DNA of 64,000 nucleotides from an uncultured Chloroflexia bacterium (GTDB taxonomy: Bacteria > Chloroflexota > Limnocylindria > QHBO01): NCBI GenBank assembly GCA_963789435.1, contig CAWBKO010000007.1, forward strand, positions 66,075-130,074, read 5' to 3'. The notes below the pieces were generated by a model, which saw nothing but the letters and a program-made list of their open reading frames with translations, was not told where the DNA came from and ran no database searches. Position numbers and translations under genes: made by a program. This document shows, in pieces, positions 1 through 10,576 of this stretch (positions are counted from its first letter, which is position 1; every line of letters starts with the position of its first letter).

Positions 1-1744
1 AGATCCCGGCCTGCGGCGACGCGGTTGATGTCGGCCTCGTGGGCGCTCGCATCGTCATCGGCGAAGTAGTCTCGCGTGGCCGGCGGCAGATCCAGCGCGC
101 GCGCGAGGAAGCTCGCCATCTGCTCGCGCGTCACCACGGCCTTGGGGCAGAACAGCTCGGGACCGCAGCCTGCGGAGATCCCTTCGTTGGCGATCCACAG
201 GATGTCGGCGCGGATACGGGGAGCCGAGGACGTCCTCGAACCACGGCCCCTGGAAGTTGTTGTCGATGGCGTTCCACAGCTCGGGGCGCGACCCATCCAT
301 GAGCAGGTGCCAGATGCCGACGCCGCGCAGGCTCGCGCACGTTGACAAGGTCGTACTTGACGGTCAGCGAGGCGACGTCGTCGTAGTAGCCCTGCACCCA
401 CGTCCCGGCGGCCGAGTTGAAGAAGCGATACCACGGCACCTGGCCGGCGGAGTCCCAGCGCCGCCCGCGGCTGCTCGCCTCGCCGACGTGGTAGACGTAG
501 GTGCCGGCGGCGCTGGTGAGGATGTCATTGGTGGTCGCGTTCTGCGCGCTCGAGGTCGTCGACCATTCGCGCCCGTAGTACGGCACGCCCCAGATCAGCT
601 TGGACGCCGGGACGAGCTCGAGGTGATCGCGCAACGCCGTGTCGACGTCGAGCACGTACTGGCTGTGGATGGGCGAGACGCCGCCCGCTCGGGCCGATCC
701 GGACCAGTTGAAGTCGTACGCCATCACCATGAGCGCATCGGCGGCACCGGAAGCGGTCAGGCCGACGACGTCATAGCCGGTGCTCCACGTCGCGGCGCCG
801 GCCATGGTCGCCACGGTCAGGTACGAGCCGGCGCCCTGGCGCACGAGCTCAGCCTTCACCTGTCGTACGAAGGTGGTGAACGAGGCGCGCAATGAGCTCG
901 GAACCGGTTCGAAGTCGATGTTCACGCCGTCGGCGTTCCGTGACTTGACCGCGGCCGCGATCTCCGCGGCCAGCCGCCGTCGATTCGTGTCGCTGTTCAG
1001 CAGGGTGGTCATGGCGGTGTAGCTACCGCTGAAGGCCATCATGGTCACGGTCAGGACGACCTTGACGTCCCGCGCGTGCGCGCGATTGATGACCTGCGTC
1101 ATGGCCGATGAGGTCCAGCCACCCCAGCCGCTCGTGACGGCGCCGGTGCTGGTCACCTTCGCCAGCGTGCCGTTGGACTGCGCGCCCACCGAGAAGTAGG
1201 CCAGGGTCGAGACGAGCGAGTAGTCGAGGTAGGCCATCTTTTCCGACGGCAGCATCCAGTACGGCAGGTAGCCGAAGACTTCTCGGAACAGCCCGTTCGG
1301 CAGGCCGCTGATACCTCCCGAGCCCGCAGTCGTGTAGGCCAGTCCAGCGCTCATATCCGACTGAGCGTCCGGCGTGGCTCCGGCATCGAATGCCAGCACG
1401 TCGCCGGCATGCGCCGTCAGCATCTCGGCATGGACCGATGGAGGCTCGGCCGGCTCGACCGCCGCGACGACCTCGGGGGACGCGGTGCCGGGCGTCGGGG
1501 TGCTGCTGGCCGCGAGGGGCGGCGCGGTCGTGACGGCCGGGGTTCCCGTCGGCGCCGGCTGCGGTGACGGTGGGCTGGCCGTCGGAGCGGCGGTCGGAGT
1601 TGCCTCGACCGGCGGCTGATCACTGGGCGCCGGCGACGCCGATGGTGCCGGAGACGGGCTTGGTTCTGTGGCCGACGCCGGGTTCACACCGGCAAGCAGG
1701 GACAGGACGAGTGCGGTCGCGAACGACCGGGTGCGCATGGACAT
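1..1744 (-). CDS. Secreted GH18-family glycoside hydrolase (YaaH/SleL-like) with C-terminal SLH-like module; 3' end runs off the window; frame-disrupted (>=2 shifts at ~230-345)
   Basis: ORF 131..1960. Likely start is Met73 (coordinate 1744), giving signal peptide MSMRTRSFATALVLSLLAGVNPASA, a P/A/S/T-rich linker, then GH18 motifs GYLPYW, DGVNIDFEPVP, MVMAYDFNWSG. After ...KYDLVNV the sense continues in the frame of ORF 55..348 (SLRGVGIWHLLMDG...NNFQGPWFEDV). It then moves to the third frame (ILWIANEGISAGCGPELFCPKAVVTREQMASFLARALDLP...HEADINRVAAAG), the same module as in 1815..2291. Confidence 0.75.
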
Positions 1745-1811
1745 CAGGGGATCCAGCCTAGGTCGCGCCAGTATGACGGCGAATAGTACGGATGGGTGGG
1801 GTGCGGTGGGG

Positions 1812-3240
1812 TCAGTCGCCCAGGGCCCGATGGAGGAACGCGGCCATCTGCTCTCGGGTGACTGTCGAGCGTGGGCAGAAGCGTCCTTCCGCGCAGCCGC
1901 CCGTGATGCCCGACGCCGCGAGGCGGTTGATGTCGGCTTCGTGCGGGCTGCCGTCGTCATCGGCGAAGTAGTCCGTCGACGTGGCCGGCAGGTCGAGCCC
2001 GCGCACGAGGAAGCTCGCCATCTGCTCGCGGGTCACGCTGGAGCGCGGGCAGTACCGGCCATCCGCGCAGCCGCCGGTGATGCCCGACGCGGCCAGGCGG
2101 TTGATGTCGGCTTCGTGGCCGCTCTCCTCGTCATCGACAAAGTAATCCGCGCTCGTGGCCGGCAGGTCGAGCCCACGCACCAGGAAGCTTGCCATCTGCT
2201 CCCGTGTCACGTTGTCGCCGGGACAGTACATGCCGGCGCTGCAACCGGAGGTGATCCCCGACTCGGCGAGCCACACGATGCTGTTGCGGAATGGCGATGT
2301 CCAGATGTCGTTGAAGTAGCCGCCGTAGAACGATCCGGTCCCGTCCTTCTTCATGCCGGGATCGCCGGCAAAGGCGTACCAGTAGTCTGGCTGGCCGAAA
2401 TGCATGCTGCCATTGGTGGTCCGCTGCACCCAGACCTGTGCGCCGGGAATGTCGGCGTGCGAGGCGGCCGTCAGGGTCGTCGGAGAGTAGCCGCGCCCCA
2501 GCGCGAAGATGTCTCCAGAGGAGGCGTCGGGCTGGGTCAGGACTCGGCTGACGATCGCATCGGCATCGGAGTAGGCCGTGGCGAAGTAGGCACCCGCGCC
2601 AAGCCTGAGCACCGGGTACGAGTAGTTCCGCACGCGAGCCTGCGCCTCGGCCAGGGTGGTCAGCGGGTCGGTCTTCACGTAGCGCTCCCCGAAGCCGGGG
2701 GCGTAGTGCGCCTGCCCGTAGACCATGGTGAACCCCGGAGCCGGAGTGATCGGTCCGCCGCCGCAGTACTTGCGCTGCTGCGCGCCGTCGCTGGCGGTCA
2801 GCGTGCCGAGGAGGGCCTTCTCGCCGCAGTACACGAGGGTCCCCTCGGTCCAGCTGTCCTTGTCGCCGTTGGTGGTGGCGGAGTTCAGCCCCCATCCGTT
2901 CGTCCGGTCGGTCAGCTCGGTCGTGCCGTAGGGGTTCGGGCTGCCGTTGCCGTGGCCGAAGTACACGATGACGTTGGCGCCGTTCACCGCCTCCAGGACC
3001 TTGGGCCAGGTGGCGTTCGGTGAGTACACCTTGACCACGGTCGCGCCGGCCGCGGTTGCCGCGGTGGCCACGCGGTCGGCCGAAGAACGGTACGACGTCA
3101 GTGATCGAGCCCGACGGCCCGACGATGATGACGACCTTCTCTCCGGCCGCCTGCACCGGCGCCGGCGCAGGGACGGTCGCGAGGAGCATGGCGACGAGGA
3201 TGCTCATCGAGACGGAGATGACGCGGCTGCGAACGGGCAA
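1812..3240 (-). CDS. Secreted protein with unknown ~300-aa N-terminal domain plus three SLH-like modules; frame-disrupted (1 shift ~3095)
   Basis: TTG start at 3240 preceded by AGGAG. ORF 2131..3240 gives signal peptide MPVRSRVISVSMSILVAMLLATVPAPAPVQAAG and EKVVIIVGPSGSITDV. Sense then moves to the frame of ORF 1812..3071 (YRSSADRVATAATAAGATVVKVYSPNATW...VIVYFGHGNG...). The C-terminus is 3 x [HEADINRLAASGITGGC..GR.CP...VTREQMASFLVRGLDLP]. I do not recognise the N-terminal domain. Confidence 0.6.
1815..2291 (-). repeat. Three tandem ~174-bp (58-aa) coding repeats = SLH-like modules with a conserved Cys pair; a fourth diverged copy lies at ~1..235 in the neighbouring GH18 gene
   Basis: Near-identical DNA blocks, e.g. 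ggcggttgatgtcggcttcgtg at ~1923 and ~2097, and gaagctcgccatctgctcgcg recurring. Translated modules share GIT.GC....CP...VTREQMA.FL. Boundaries are approximate. Confidence 0.8.
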
Positions 3241-3350
3241 TAGGAACTCCTGGGGAGACTGCGGGCACCACCAACCCTAGGCTGGGCACCCCGTCGCGGC
3301 CATGGGGCAATGGTCCGCTCGCGCGCCGGGACGATGGGGTTCTGGGGCTC

Positions 3351-4205
3351 CTATCCCTGGCTGAAGTCGAGCACCACGAGCAGCCGCTCGACCTTTGCCG
3401 GATCGAACGCCGGGCGCACGAAGGCGGTCTGGGTCAGCGCGTTCGGATCCGGCTCGACGGCCTGGATGCGGCCGATGAGCAGCCCGCCGGGATAGCGGCT
3501 CGCCTCCTCGCCGAAGGTCAGGCCGGCGCTCACGACGGTGCCGCCGACCTCGAGCGACTCGGTGACCGGCACGTTGACCATCACCAGCTGCCCGCCCGGC
3601 TGGCCGCGGATCTCGCCGAGCGCTCGGCTCGCCTGGTCGACCGCGATGACCACCGAGCGGGTGTCGACGATGAGCCGCACGCGTGCCGTGTCGTTCGTGA
3701 CCGAGACGACGGTGCCGGCCAGGGCGCCGGTGCCGTCCGCGTTGCCGACGACCGGCATGCCGGCCTCCAGCCCATCGTCGGTCCCGGCGTCGATGCCGAC
3801 CTCCCAGACCAGGTTCGACGGGTCGCGACTGATGACGCGTACGGGCAGGAGCTCCATCTCGAGGGCTTCGGCGATGCCGAGCAGCTGGCGCAGCTCGGTG
3901 TTCTCGCGAGCCGCCTCCGCCAGCTCGGCAACCCGCTGGTCGGCACCGGCCAGCTCACGCCGCAGGCGGTCGTTCTCGCTCCGCAGGCGGTCGATCTCGC
4001 CGATGGCGCCGAAGACCCCGGCAACCCCCTCCCCCACTCCGCCGATGGCGCTGCGAGCGGGGTCGAGCGCGCGCGTCGTCACGCGCTGGAGCGTCAGCGC
4101 GGGTTCGGTTGAGCTGGCGAGGAGCATGAGCAGGCTGGCGATCGTGAATGCGGCGAACCACAGGCCTCCCCGCGCTCGCCGGTTCGGGCTGGACGGCCCG
4201 TACAT
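3351..4205 (-). CDS. mreC: Rod shape-determining protein MreC
   Basis: ORF 3351..4433; start Met77 (4205), 13 nt after the mreB stop. N-terminal TM (LWFAAFTIASLLMLLA), coiled coil (IDRLRSENDRLRRELAGADQRVAELAEAARENTELRQLLG) and MreC beta core (VISRDPSNLVWEVGIDAGTDDGLEAGMPVV...GRIQAVE). No frame breaks. Confidence 0.9.
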   Translation of the reverse strand: MYGPSSPNRRARGGLWFAAFTIASLLMLLASSTEPALTLQRVTTRALDPARSAIGGVGEGVAGVFGAIGEIDRLRSENDRLRRELAGADQRVAELAEAARENTELRQLLGIAEALEMELLPVRVISRDPSNLVWEVGIDAGTDDGLEAGMPVVGNADGTGALAGTVVSVTNDTARVRLIVDTRSVVIAVDQASRALGEIRGQPGGQLVMVNVPVTESLEVGGTVVSAGLTFGEEASRYPGGLLIGRIQAVEPDPNALTQTAFVRPAFDPAKVERLLVVLDFSQG

Positions 4206-4218
4206 CCTCCCGCTCGCG

Positions 4219-5277
4219 TCAGCGTGGTGCGCGAGTGAACTGCTCGCTGACGAGGACGCGCTCGAGGGTGTCGAGCTCCTCGAGCACCCGCCCGGTGCCG
4301 CGCACCACGCAGGTGAGGGGGTCGTCGGCGATGTGGACCGGCATCTGGGTCGCCTCCGCGACGCGGCGGTCGAGGCCGGCGAGGAGTGCGCCGCCGCCGG
4401 CCAGGACGATGCCCTGGTCCATGATGTCGGCAACGAGCTCTGGCGGCGTCTCCTCGATGGTCTCCTTGATCGCCTCGACGATCTGCGCGATCGACGGCTC
4501 GAGCGCCTCCCGAATCTGGTCGCCGCCGACCTCGATGCTGCGGGGCAGCCCGGTCAGCAGGTCGCGGCCGCGGAACGTCACCGTCTTCTCGGACTTCTCC
4601 TCCGGAAACGCGGAACCGACCGCGATCTTGATCTCCTCCGCCGTCCGCTCGCCCATCAGCAGGTTGTACTCGCGGCGGGCGAAGCTGACGATGTCGGTGT
4701 CCATCTCGTCTCCGCCGATGCGGATGCTGCGGCTGACCACGATGCCGCCGAGGCTGATGACGGCCACCTCGGTGGTGCCGCCGCCGATGTCGACGATGAG
4801 GCTGCCGCTCGGCTCGCTGACCGGCAGGCCGGCGCCGATCGCGGCGGCCATCGGCTCCTCGATCAGCCGCGCCCAGCGCGCGCCCGCGTTGATGGTCGCG
4901 TCGCGCACCGCGCGCTTCTCGACCTCGGTCACGCCGGATGGAATGCCGACCAGGACGCGCGGCCGCGGGATGCGGGCGTATCGGTCGTGCACCTTGTTGA
5001 TGAAGTAGCGGATCATCTGCTCGGTGACGTCGAAGTCGCTGATCACGCCGTCGCGCAGCGGACGGATGGCGACGATGTTGGCCGGGGTCCGGCCCACCAT
5101 CCGCTTCGCCTCGGCGCCGATCGCCAGGACGCGCTTGCTGCGGGTATCCATGGCCACCACCGAGGGCTCGCTGATCACGATCCCGCGGTTGCGGACGGTG
5201 ACGAGCGTGTTGGCCGTGCCGAGGTCGATCCCGACGTCGTGACTGAGGAGGCCGAGCAGGCCGTCGAAGAGTCCCAA
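4219..5277 (-). CDS. mreB: Rod shape-determining actin homologue MreB
   Basis: ORF 4219..5370; TTG at 5277 preceded by GAGAGGGA. Actin-fold motifs DLGTANTLV, GRTPANIVAIRPLRDGVISDF, VGIPSGVTEVEKRAV, IEEPMAAAIGAGLP, IVDIGGGTTEVAVISLGG, VLAGGGALLAGLD. Intact. Confidence 0.95.
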   Translation of the reverse strand: MGLFDGLLGLLSHDVGIDLGTANTLVTVRNRGIVISEPSVVAMDTRSKRVLAIGAEAKRMVGRTPANIVAIRPLRDGVISDFDVTEQMIRYFINKVHDRYARIPRPRVLVGIPSGVTEVEKRAVRDATINAGARWARLIEEPMAAAIGAGLPVSEPSGSLIVDIGGGTTEVAVISLGGIVVSRSIRIGGDEMDTDIVSFARREYNLLMGERTAEEIKIAVGSAFPEEKSEKTVTFRGRDLLTGLPRSIEVGGDQIREALEPSIAQIVEAIKETIEETPPELVADIMDQGIVLAGGGALLAGLDRRVAEATQMPVHIADDPLTCVVRGTGRVLEELDTLERVLVSEQFTRAPR

Positions 5278-5510
5278 GGTCCCTCTCGGGAGTGGCTGTT
5301 CTCGGTCGCCGCCCGTGGCACGACAGGGCGAGGCGCCGTCAATCCGATCGATGCGGTGCTCGGCGGTCAACCCCTGCGGCGCGGCGCTACCCTACCACGC
5401 ACCTCCGCACGCCGGGCGTACGTCAGCCCAGCCTGGTCCTTCTCCGTTCCAGACGCATCTGATAACGTCGGCCCGACGGGCGGGTGGCACGAAAGCACGG
5501 AGATGATCGC

Positions 5511-6853
5511 GTGGCAGGCTTCTTCTCGGAGGTGCCGGACCGGATCGAGTTCGGCGGGCTGGCGTCCGACGATCCGCTGGCGTTCAAGGTCTACGAGCCA
5601 GACCGCATCGTTCTCGGCAAGCGCATGGAGGACCACCTCCGGATCGCGGTCTGCCTGTGGCACTCGTTCAACTGGCCCGGATCCGACGTCTTCGGAGTCG
5701 GGACGTTCGACCGGCCGTGGCTCGTCGCCGGTGGCGACCCGATGGAGGCGGCGCGCGCGAAGCTCGACGCCGCGTTCGACTTCATCACGAAGCTCGGCGT
5801 TCCGTTCTTCACGTTCCATGATCGCGACGTGGCGCCCGAGGGTGGCACGTTCGCCGAGACGCGGGCGATTCTCGACGCCGTCGTCGCGGCCATCGAGAGC
5901 CACATGGAGCGCACCGGGGCCCGGCTGCTGTGGGGAACCGCGAACCTGTTCAGCCATCCCCGCTACGCGGCGGGCGCGGCAACCAATCCGGATCCCGAGG
6001 TCTTCGCCTACGCCGCGGCACAGGTGAAGCACATGCTCGAGGCGACGCACCGGCTCGGAGGCGAGAACTACGTGCTGTGGGGCGGCCGCGAGGGCTACGA
6101 GACGCTGCTCAACACCGACCTCGCGCGCGAGGAGGAGCAGCTGGCCCGGTTCCTGACCCTGGTCGCCGAGCACAAGCAGCAGATCGGCTTCAGCGGGACC
6201 CTGCTCCTCGAGCCGAAGCCGATGGAGCCGACGAAGCACCAGTACGACTACGACTCGGCCACGGTCGACTCGTTCCTGCTGCGCCACGACCTCGCCGGCG
6301 AGTACCGGGTGAACATCGAGGTCAACCACGCGACCCTCGCCGGCCACAGCTTCCACCACGAGGTCGCCGTGGCGATCGCGCGGGGGATCTTCGGGAGCAT
6401 CGACGCGAACCGTGGCGACGACCAGAACGGGTGGGACACCGACCAGTTCCCGAACTCGGTCGAGGAGCTCGCCCTGGCCCTGTACGAGATCATCCGCGCC
6501 GGCGGATTCACGACCGGGGGCTTCAACTTCGATGCGAAGCTCCGTCGCCAGAGCCTGGATCGGTCCGATCTCTTCCACGCGCACATCGGCGGCATCGACA
6601 CGCTCGCGCGCGCCCTGCTCGTGGCGGCCGACCTCGCTGGAGGCGGGCGACCTGGAGCGAGAGCGGGAGCGCCGCTACGCCGGCTGGACGGAGGGCCTCG
6701 GCGCCGACATCCTCGGCGGGTCCGCGTCGCTCGCCGAGCTCGAGGCTCGCGTCGCCGCATGGCGGGATCGACCCGCGGCCCCGGTCCGGTGGCCAGGAGC
6801 GCCTGGAGAACCTCGTCAACCAGAGGATCTGGTCGGCCGATCAGGACCGCTGA
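5511..6853 (+). CDS. xylA: Xylose isomerase; frame-disrupted (2 shifts ~6640 and ~6760); alternative start 5484
   Basis: First ~385 aa of ORF 5484..7490: [78 protein letters not shown]. The C-terminus continues in the frame of ORF 6412..7224 ([28 protein letters not shown]). It ends in the frame of ORF 5930..6853 ([23 protein letters not shown]). The GTG at 5511 has GGAG 9 nt upstream. Confidence 0.9.
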
Positions 6854-6856
6854 CCG

Positions 6857-8361
6857 GTGGCATCCCACGTCCTCGGAATCGACGTTTCGACCACGGCCAC
6901 CAAGGCGCTCCTCATCGACGAACGCGGCCGGGTCGCCGCGATCGGCACCTCGGAATACGACTACGCGGTCCCGGCGCCGCTGTGGAGCGAGCAGGAACCG
7001 GACCTGTGGTGGACGGGCAGCACAGGTCGCGATCCGCGCGGCGCTGGCCGGCGCCGGCATCGGCGGCGCGGACGTTGGCGCCGTGGGCCTGGCGGGCCAG
7101 ATGCACGGCGCGGTCCTGCTCGACGATGGCGACCGGCCGCTCCGCCCGGCGATCCTGTGGAACGACCAGCGGACGGCGGCCGAGTGCGACGAGATCCGTC
7201 GCCGGGTGGGGCCGCGGCGGTTGATCGAGGTCACCGGCAATGACGCGCTCACCGGCTTCACCGCGCCGAAGCTCGTCTGGGTGCGGAACCACGAGCCGGA
7301 TGTCTGGCGCCGGATCGCCCACGTCCTGCTGCCGAAGGACTTCGTCCGCCATCGGCTCACCGGCGACCACGCGGTCGACCGGGCCGATGGGGCCGGCACC
7401 CTCCTCTTCGACCTCGCGCCGGCGGGACTGGTCGGCGGAGGTCGTCGCCGCCCTCGACATCGATCCGGCCTGGCTCCCGCGGACCGCTGAGGGTCCCGAG
7501 GTGACCGGGGTCGTCAGCGCCGCCGCCGCGGAGGCCACCGGGCTGGCGCCCGGGACGCCGGTGGTGGCCGGCGGCGGTGACCAGGCCGCCACGGCGGTCG
7601 GGGTCGGGGCCGTGGATCCGGGGATCGTGGCGCTCTCGCTCGGGACGTCGGGCGTGATCTTCGCGGCCACCGACCGGCCGCTCATCGAGCCCGAGGGCCG
7701 AGTCCACGCGTTCTGCCACGCGGTGCCGGACCGCTGGCACCTCATGTCGGTGATGCTGTCGGCGGCGGGGAGCCTGCGCTGGTTTCGGGACGCGCTGGCC
7801 CCGGGCGTGCCGTACGCGACGCTCGACGAGGAGGCCAGCCACGTGGCGCCCGGCAGCGACGGGCTCGTCTTCCTGCCCTATCTCACCGGTGAGCGCAGCC
7901 CGCACCCGGACCCGCTGGCCCGTGGCGCGTTCGTCGGGCTGACGGTGACGCCACGATCGACGCCACCTCGCGCGTGCCGTGCTCGAGGGCGTTGCGTACG
8001 GGCTGCGCGATGGCCTCGACCAGATGGTGGCGACCGGGATCGAGACACCGACCCGCATTCGGGCATCGGGCGGGGGCATCGCCAGCGGGGTGTGGCGCCA
8101 GATCCTGGCCGACGTCCTCGGAGCCGAGATCGCCACGGTCAGCACCTCGGAGGGCGCCGCGTTCGGTGCCGGCCTCCTGGCGGCGGTCGGGGCGGGCTGG
8201 TTCGGCACCGTCGCGCAGGCCGCCGAGTGCGGCGGTCGAGCTCGACGGTCGTCGCCGAGCCTGGGCCGGACGCATCGGTCTACGCGGAGGGCCTGGAGGC
8301 GTATCGAGCGCTGTATCCGGCCCTCGCGCCCAGCTTCCGGAGGGCCTCGACGCCGAGCTGA
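6857..8361 (+). CDS. xylB: Xylulokinase (FGGY family); frame-disrupted (~5 shifts: ~7030, ~7430, ~7955, ~8228, ~8258)
   Basis: GTG at 6857, 4 nt after the xylA stop. Pieces:
- [20 protein letters not shown] (ORF 6857..7243)
- [13 protein letters not shown]...[12 protein letters not shown]...[16 protein letters not shown] (frame of 5484..7490)
- [16 protein letters not shown]...[10 protein letters not shown]...[15 protein letters not shown] (ORF 7240..8361)
- [13 protein letters not shown]...[21 protein letters not shown] (ORF 7979..8491)
- tail [15 protein letters not shown]. Confidence 0.9.
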
Positions 8362-8364
8362 GGC

Positions 8365-9142
8365 TCAGGCTCGAAGCTCTTCGAGCTCCTCCTTGGTCGC
8401 CTCTCCGGGCTTCTTGCCCAGGATGATCATGGCGAGCACGTCATCGGTCGTGACGTCGTCCTTGTTGAGCGTTCCGACCAGGCGTCCGTGATACATCACG
8501 CTGATCCGATCCGAGAGGTCGAAGACGTCGTGGATGTCGTGGCTGATGAGGAAGATGCCGATCCCCTCGTTCTTCAGCTGCCGGATGAGGTCGCGGACCT
8601 GCGCCGTCTCGGCCGGGCCCGAGCGCGGCGGTCGGCTCGTCCATGATCAGGATCCTGGCGTTGAAGTGCACCGCGCGCGCGATGGCGACCGCCTGACGCT
8701 GCCCGCCGGAGAGCGACTTGACCGGCGTGATTGAACCGCTTGAAGTTCGGGTTCAGGCGGCCCATCACCTTGCGGGTCTGCGTCCTCCATCGCCCCGTCG
8801 TCGAGGATTGCCCCACAGGCTGGTCGTCTCGCGACCGAGGAAGACGTTGCCGGGCGCGTCGATGTTGTCGGCCAGCGCGAGCGTCTGGTAGATGCACTCG
8901 ATGTTGAATGCCTTGGCGTCGCGGGGATTGCCGATCGACCGCGGCTGGCCGTCGATCAGGATCTCGCCCGAGTCGGCACGATGGGCGCCGGAGAGCGTGC
9001 GGATGAGCGTCGACTTGCCGGCGCCGTTGCCGCCGACCAGCCCGAGGACCTCGCCCGGGATATGACGCGAGATGCTCACGTCGTCGACGGCGTGGACGCC
9101 GCCGAACGCCACGCGGATGTTCCGCATCTCGACCAGCGGCAC
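8365..9142 (-). CDS. Sugar ABC transporter ATP-binding protein, single NBD (~259 aa); probably the xylose transporter ATPase; frame-disrupted (~4 shifts, 8620-8820)
   Basis: ORF 8765..9142 carries Walker A ([19 protein letters not shown]). Later pieces lie in other frames: [16 protein letters not shown]; signature plus Walker [34 protein letters not shown] (ORF 8441..8671); [31 protein letters not shown]. It ends ...EELEELRA-stop at 8365. Confidence 0.85.
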
Positions 9143-9172
9143 TGCCTCGGGTCGTGGCCGTCACTGCCGCGC

Positions 9173-10483
9173 TCATCGTGTGGATCCTCTCCTGCGGGTG
9201 TACGTGTCGAACCCGACCGCGATGATCAGCACGATGCCGGCGACCACGTTCTGGGTCGGCGAGTTCACGCCGTTGAAGCTCAATCCGTAGGCAAGCGACT
9301 GCATGACGAAGGCGCCAAGGACCGCGCCCGGAATGGTGCCGATGCCCCCGGCGAACGACGTCCCGCCCACCACCGCGGCGGCGATGACGTACAGCTCGTC
9401 GCTCTGGCCGACGTCGAGCGTGGCCCCGTTGAGCCGCGCCGAGCCGATCGCGGCGGCGATGGCGCACAGCACGCCCATGAGGATGAAGGTCTTCATGATC
9501 GTCCAGCGCGTGTTGATGCCGGCCAGCTCGGCGGCATCGGGGTTTCCGCCGTAGGCGTAAACGTAGCGGCCGAATCGCCGGCGGGTGGCCAGGAAGGTCA
9601 TGGCCAGCGTGACACCCATGACGAGCAGGATCGGCCACGGGAAGCCGAGCGGAACCTTCAGGCCGCCGGGTGGCTCGGTGATTCCGTGCTCCGACCGCGT
9701 ACTGCGTCGCGAGGCCGGCTGGCAGGTAGTTCGAATTGGCAAACGCCGACAGGCCGATCGCGGCCGCGCAGCCGATCGCGCCGAGCAGCACCTCGGCCCA
9801 CATGGGCCGCACGGGGAAGCCGAAGCGCTGTCGCTGCCGACGGTTGTACGACGATCAGGCCGATGATGGCGAGGCAGGCGACTCCCGCGACCACCCACGT
9901 TGCCGTCTCTCCGATCGAGCCCAGCACGCCGCCGCCGATCTTGCGAAATTCGGACTGCAGGCCCGAGACGGCGGCGCCGCTCGACAGCAGCCAGACGGAG
10001 CCGCGCAGCGACAGGAGGCCGCCAAGCGTCACGATGAAGGACGGGATGCCGACATAGGCGATCAGGAAACCCTGGAAGCCCCCGATGAGCGCGCCGATGC
10101 CGAGCCCGATGGCAAGCGCCACCAGCCATTGGAAGGGGCTGTCCAACCCGAGGCCGAGAGCAGGCAGCCAATCGGTCATCAGCAGGGCGTACGACATCGC
10201 GACCACGCCGACGATCGAGCCGACCGACAGGTCGATGTTCCGCGACACGATGATCAGGACCATGCCGGTGGCCATGATCGCCACGCCGGATGCCTGGACG
10301 ACCAGCGTGACCATGTTCGCCGGCTGGATGAGCTTCCCGCCGGACATGATGTGGAAGCCGATCAGGATGCCCGCCAGCGCGACCAGCATCCCGAACAGCC
10401 GCAGGTCGATCTCGGTCGCAGCGACCGCGCCGCGAAGCCGGTTTGGGCCGCGAGCAGGAGCTGCTGGTCAGGGCATCTGCCAC
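9173..10483 (-). CDS. xylH: Sugar ABC transporter permease, XylH-like (long CUT2 permease); frame-disrupted (~4 shifts: ~10465, ~10425, ~9845, ~9700)
   Basis: Pieces:
- ATEIDLRLFGMLVALAGILIGFH...NIDLSVGSIVG...FIVTLGGLLSLRG (ORF 9658..10389)
- VRPMWAEVLLGAIGCAAAIGLSAFANSNYLPAGL (frame of 8574..9812)
- FGRYVYAYGGNPDAAELAGINTRW...IAAAVVGGTSFAGGIGTIPGAVLGAF (ORF 9173..10483).
The symbol rests on context (next to xylF and xylAB). Confidence 0.8.
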   Translation of the reverse strand: MADALTSSSCSRPKPASRRGRCDRDRPAAVRDAGRAGGHPDRLPHHVRREAHPAGEHGHAGRPGIRRGDHGHRHGPDHRVAEHRPVGRLDRRRGRDVVRPADDRLAACSRPRVGQPLPMAGGACHRARHRRAHRGLPGFPDRLCRHPVLHRDAWRPPVAARLRLAAVERRRRLGPAVRISQDRRRRAGLDRRDGNVGGRGSRLPRHHRPDRRTTVGSDSASASPCGPCGPRCCSARSAARPRSACRRLPIRTTCQPASRRSTRSEHGITEPPGGLKVPLGFPWPILLVMGVTLAMTFLATRRRFGRYVYAYGGNPDAAELAGINTRWTIMKTFILMGVLCAIAAAIGSARLNGATLDVGQSDELYVIAAAVVGGTSFAGGIGTIPGAVLGAFVMQSLAYGLSFNGVNSPTQNVVAGIVLIIAVGFDTYTRRRGSTR

Positions 10484-10576
10484 GGAGGAGCCCCTCGTTG
10501 CCGGAAATGAGGAGGCGCCCTGCGCCGCGGCAGTGCCACGACGCAGGGCGCCATCAAGGTCGTCTCGGCTAGTCGA

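Noticed and set aside
3241-3350. c-di-AMP (ydaO-type) riboswitch upstream of the secreted wall protein, suggested by an ACGGGGU-like string
   Set aside because: The 110-nt spacer is too short, and the other conserved ydaO elements are not visible. This is most likely just the mreC terminator/promoter region. Unverified without Infernal.
3538-6027. 829-aa plus-strand ORF spanning the mreC/mreB region
   Set aside because: It is antisense to two well-supported intact genes. Its composition is dominated by S/R/A/P/T with no recognisable domain. This is the typical shadow ORF of GC-rich DNA.
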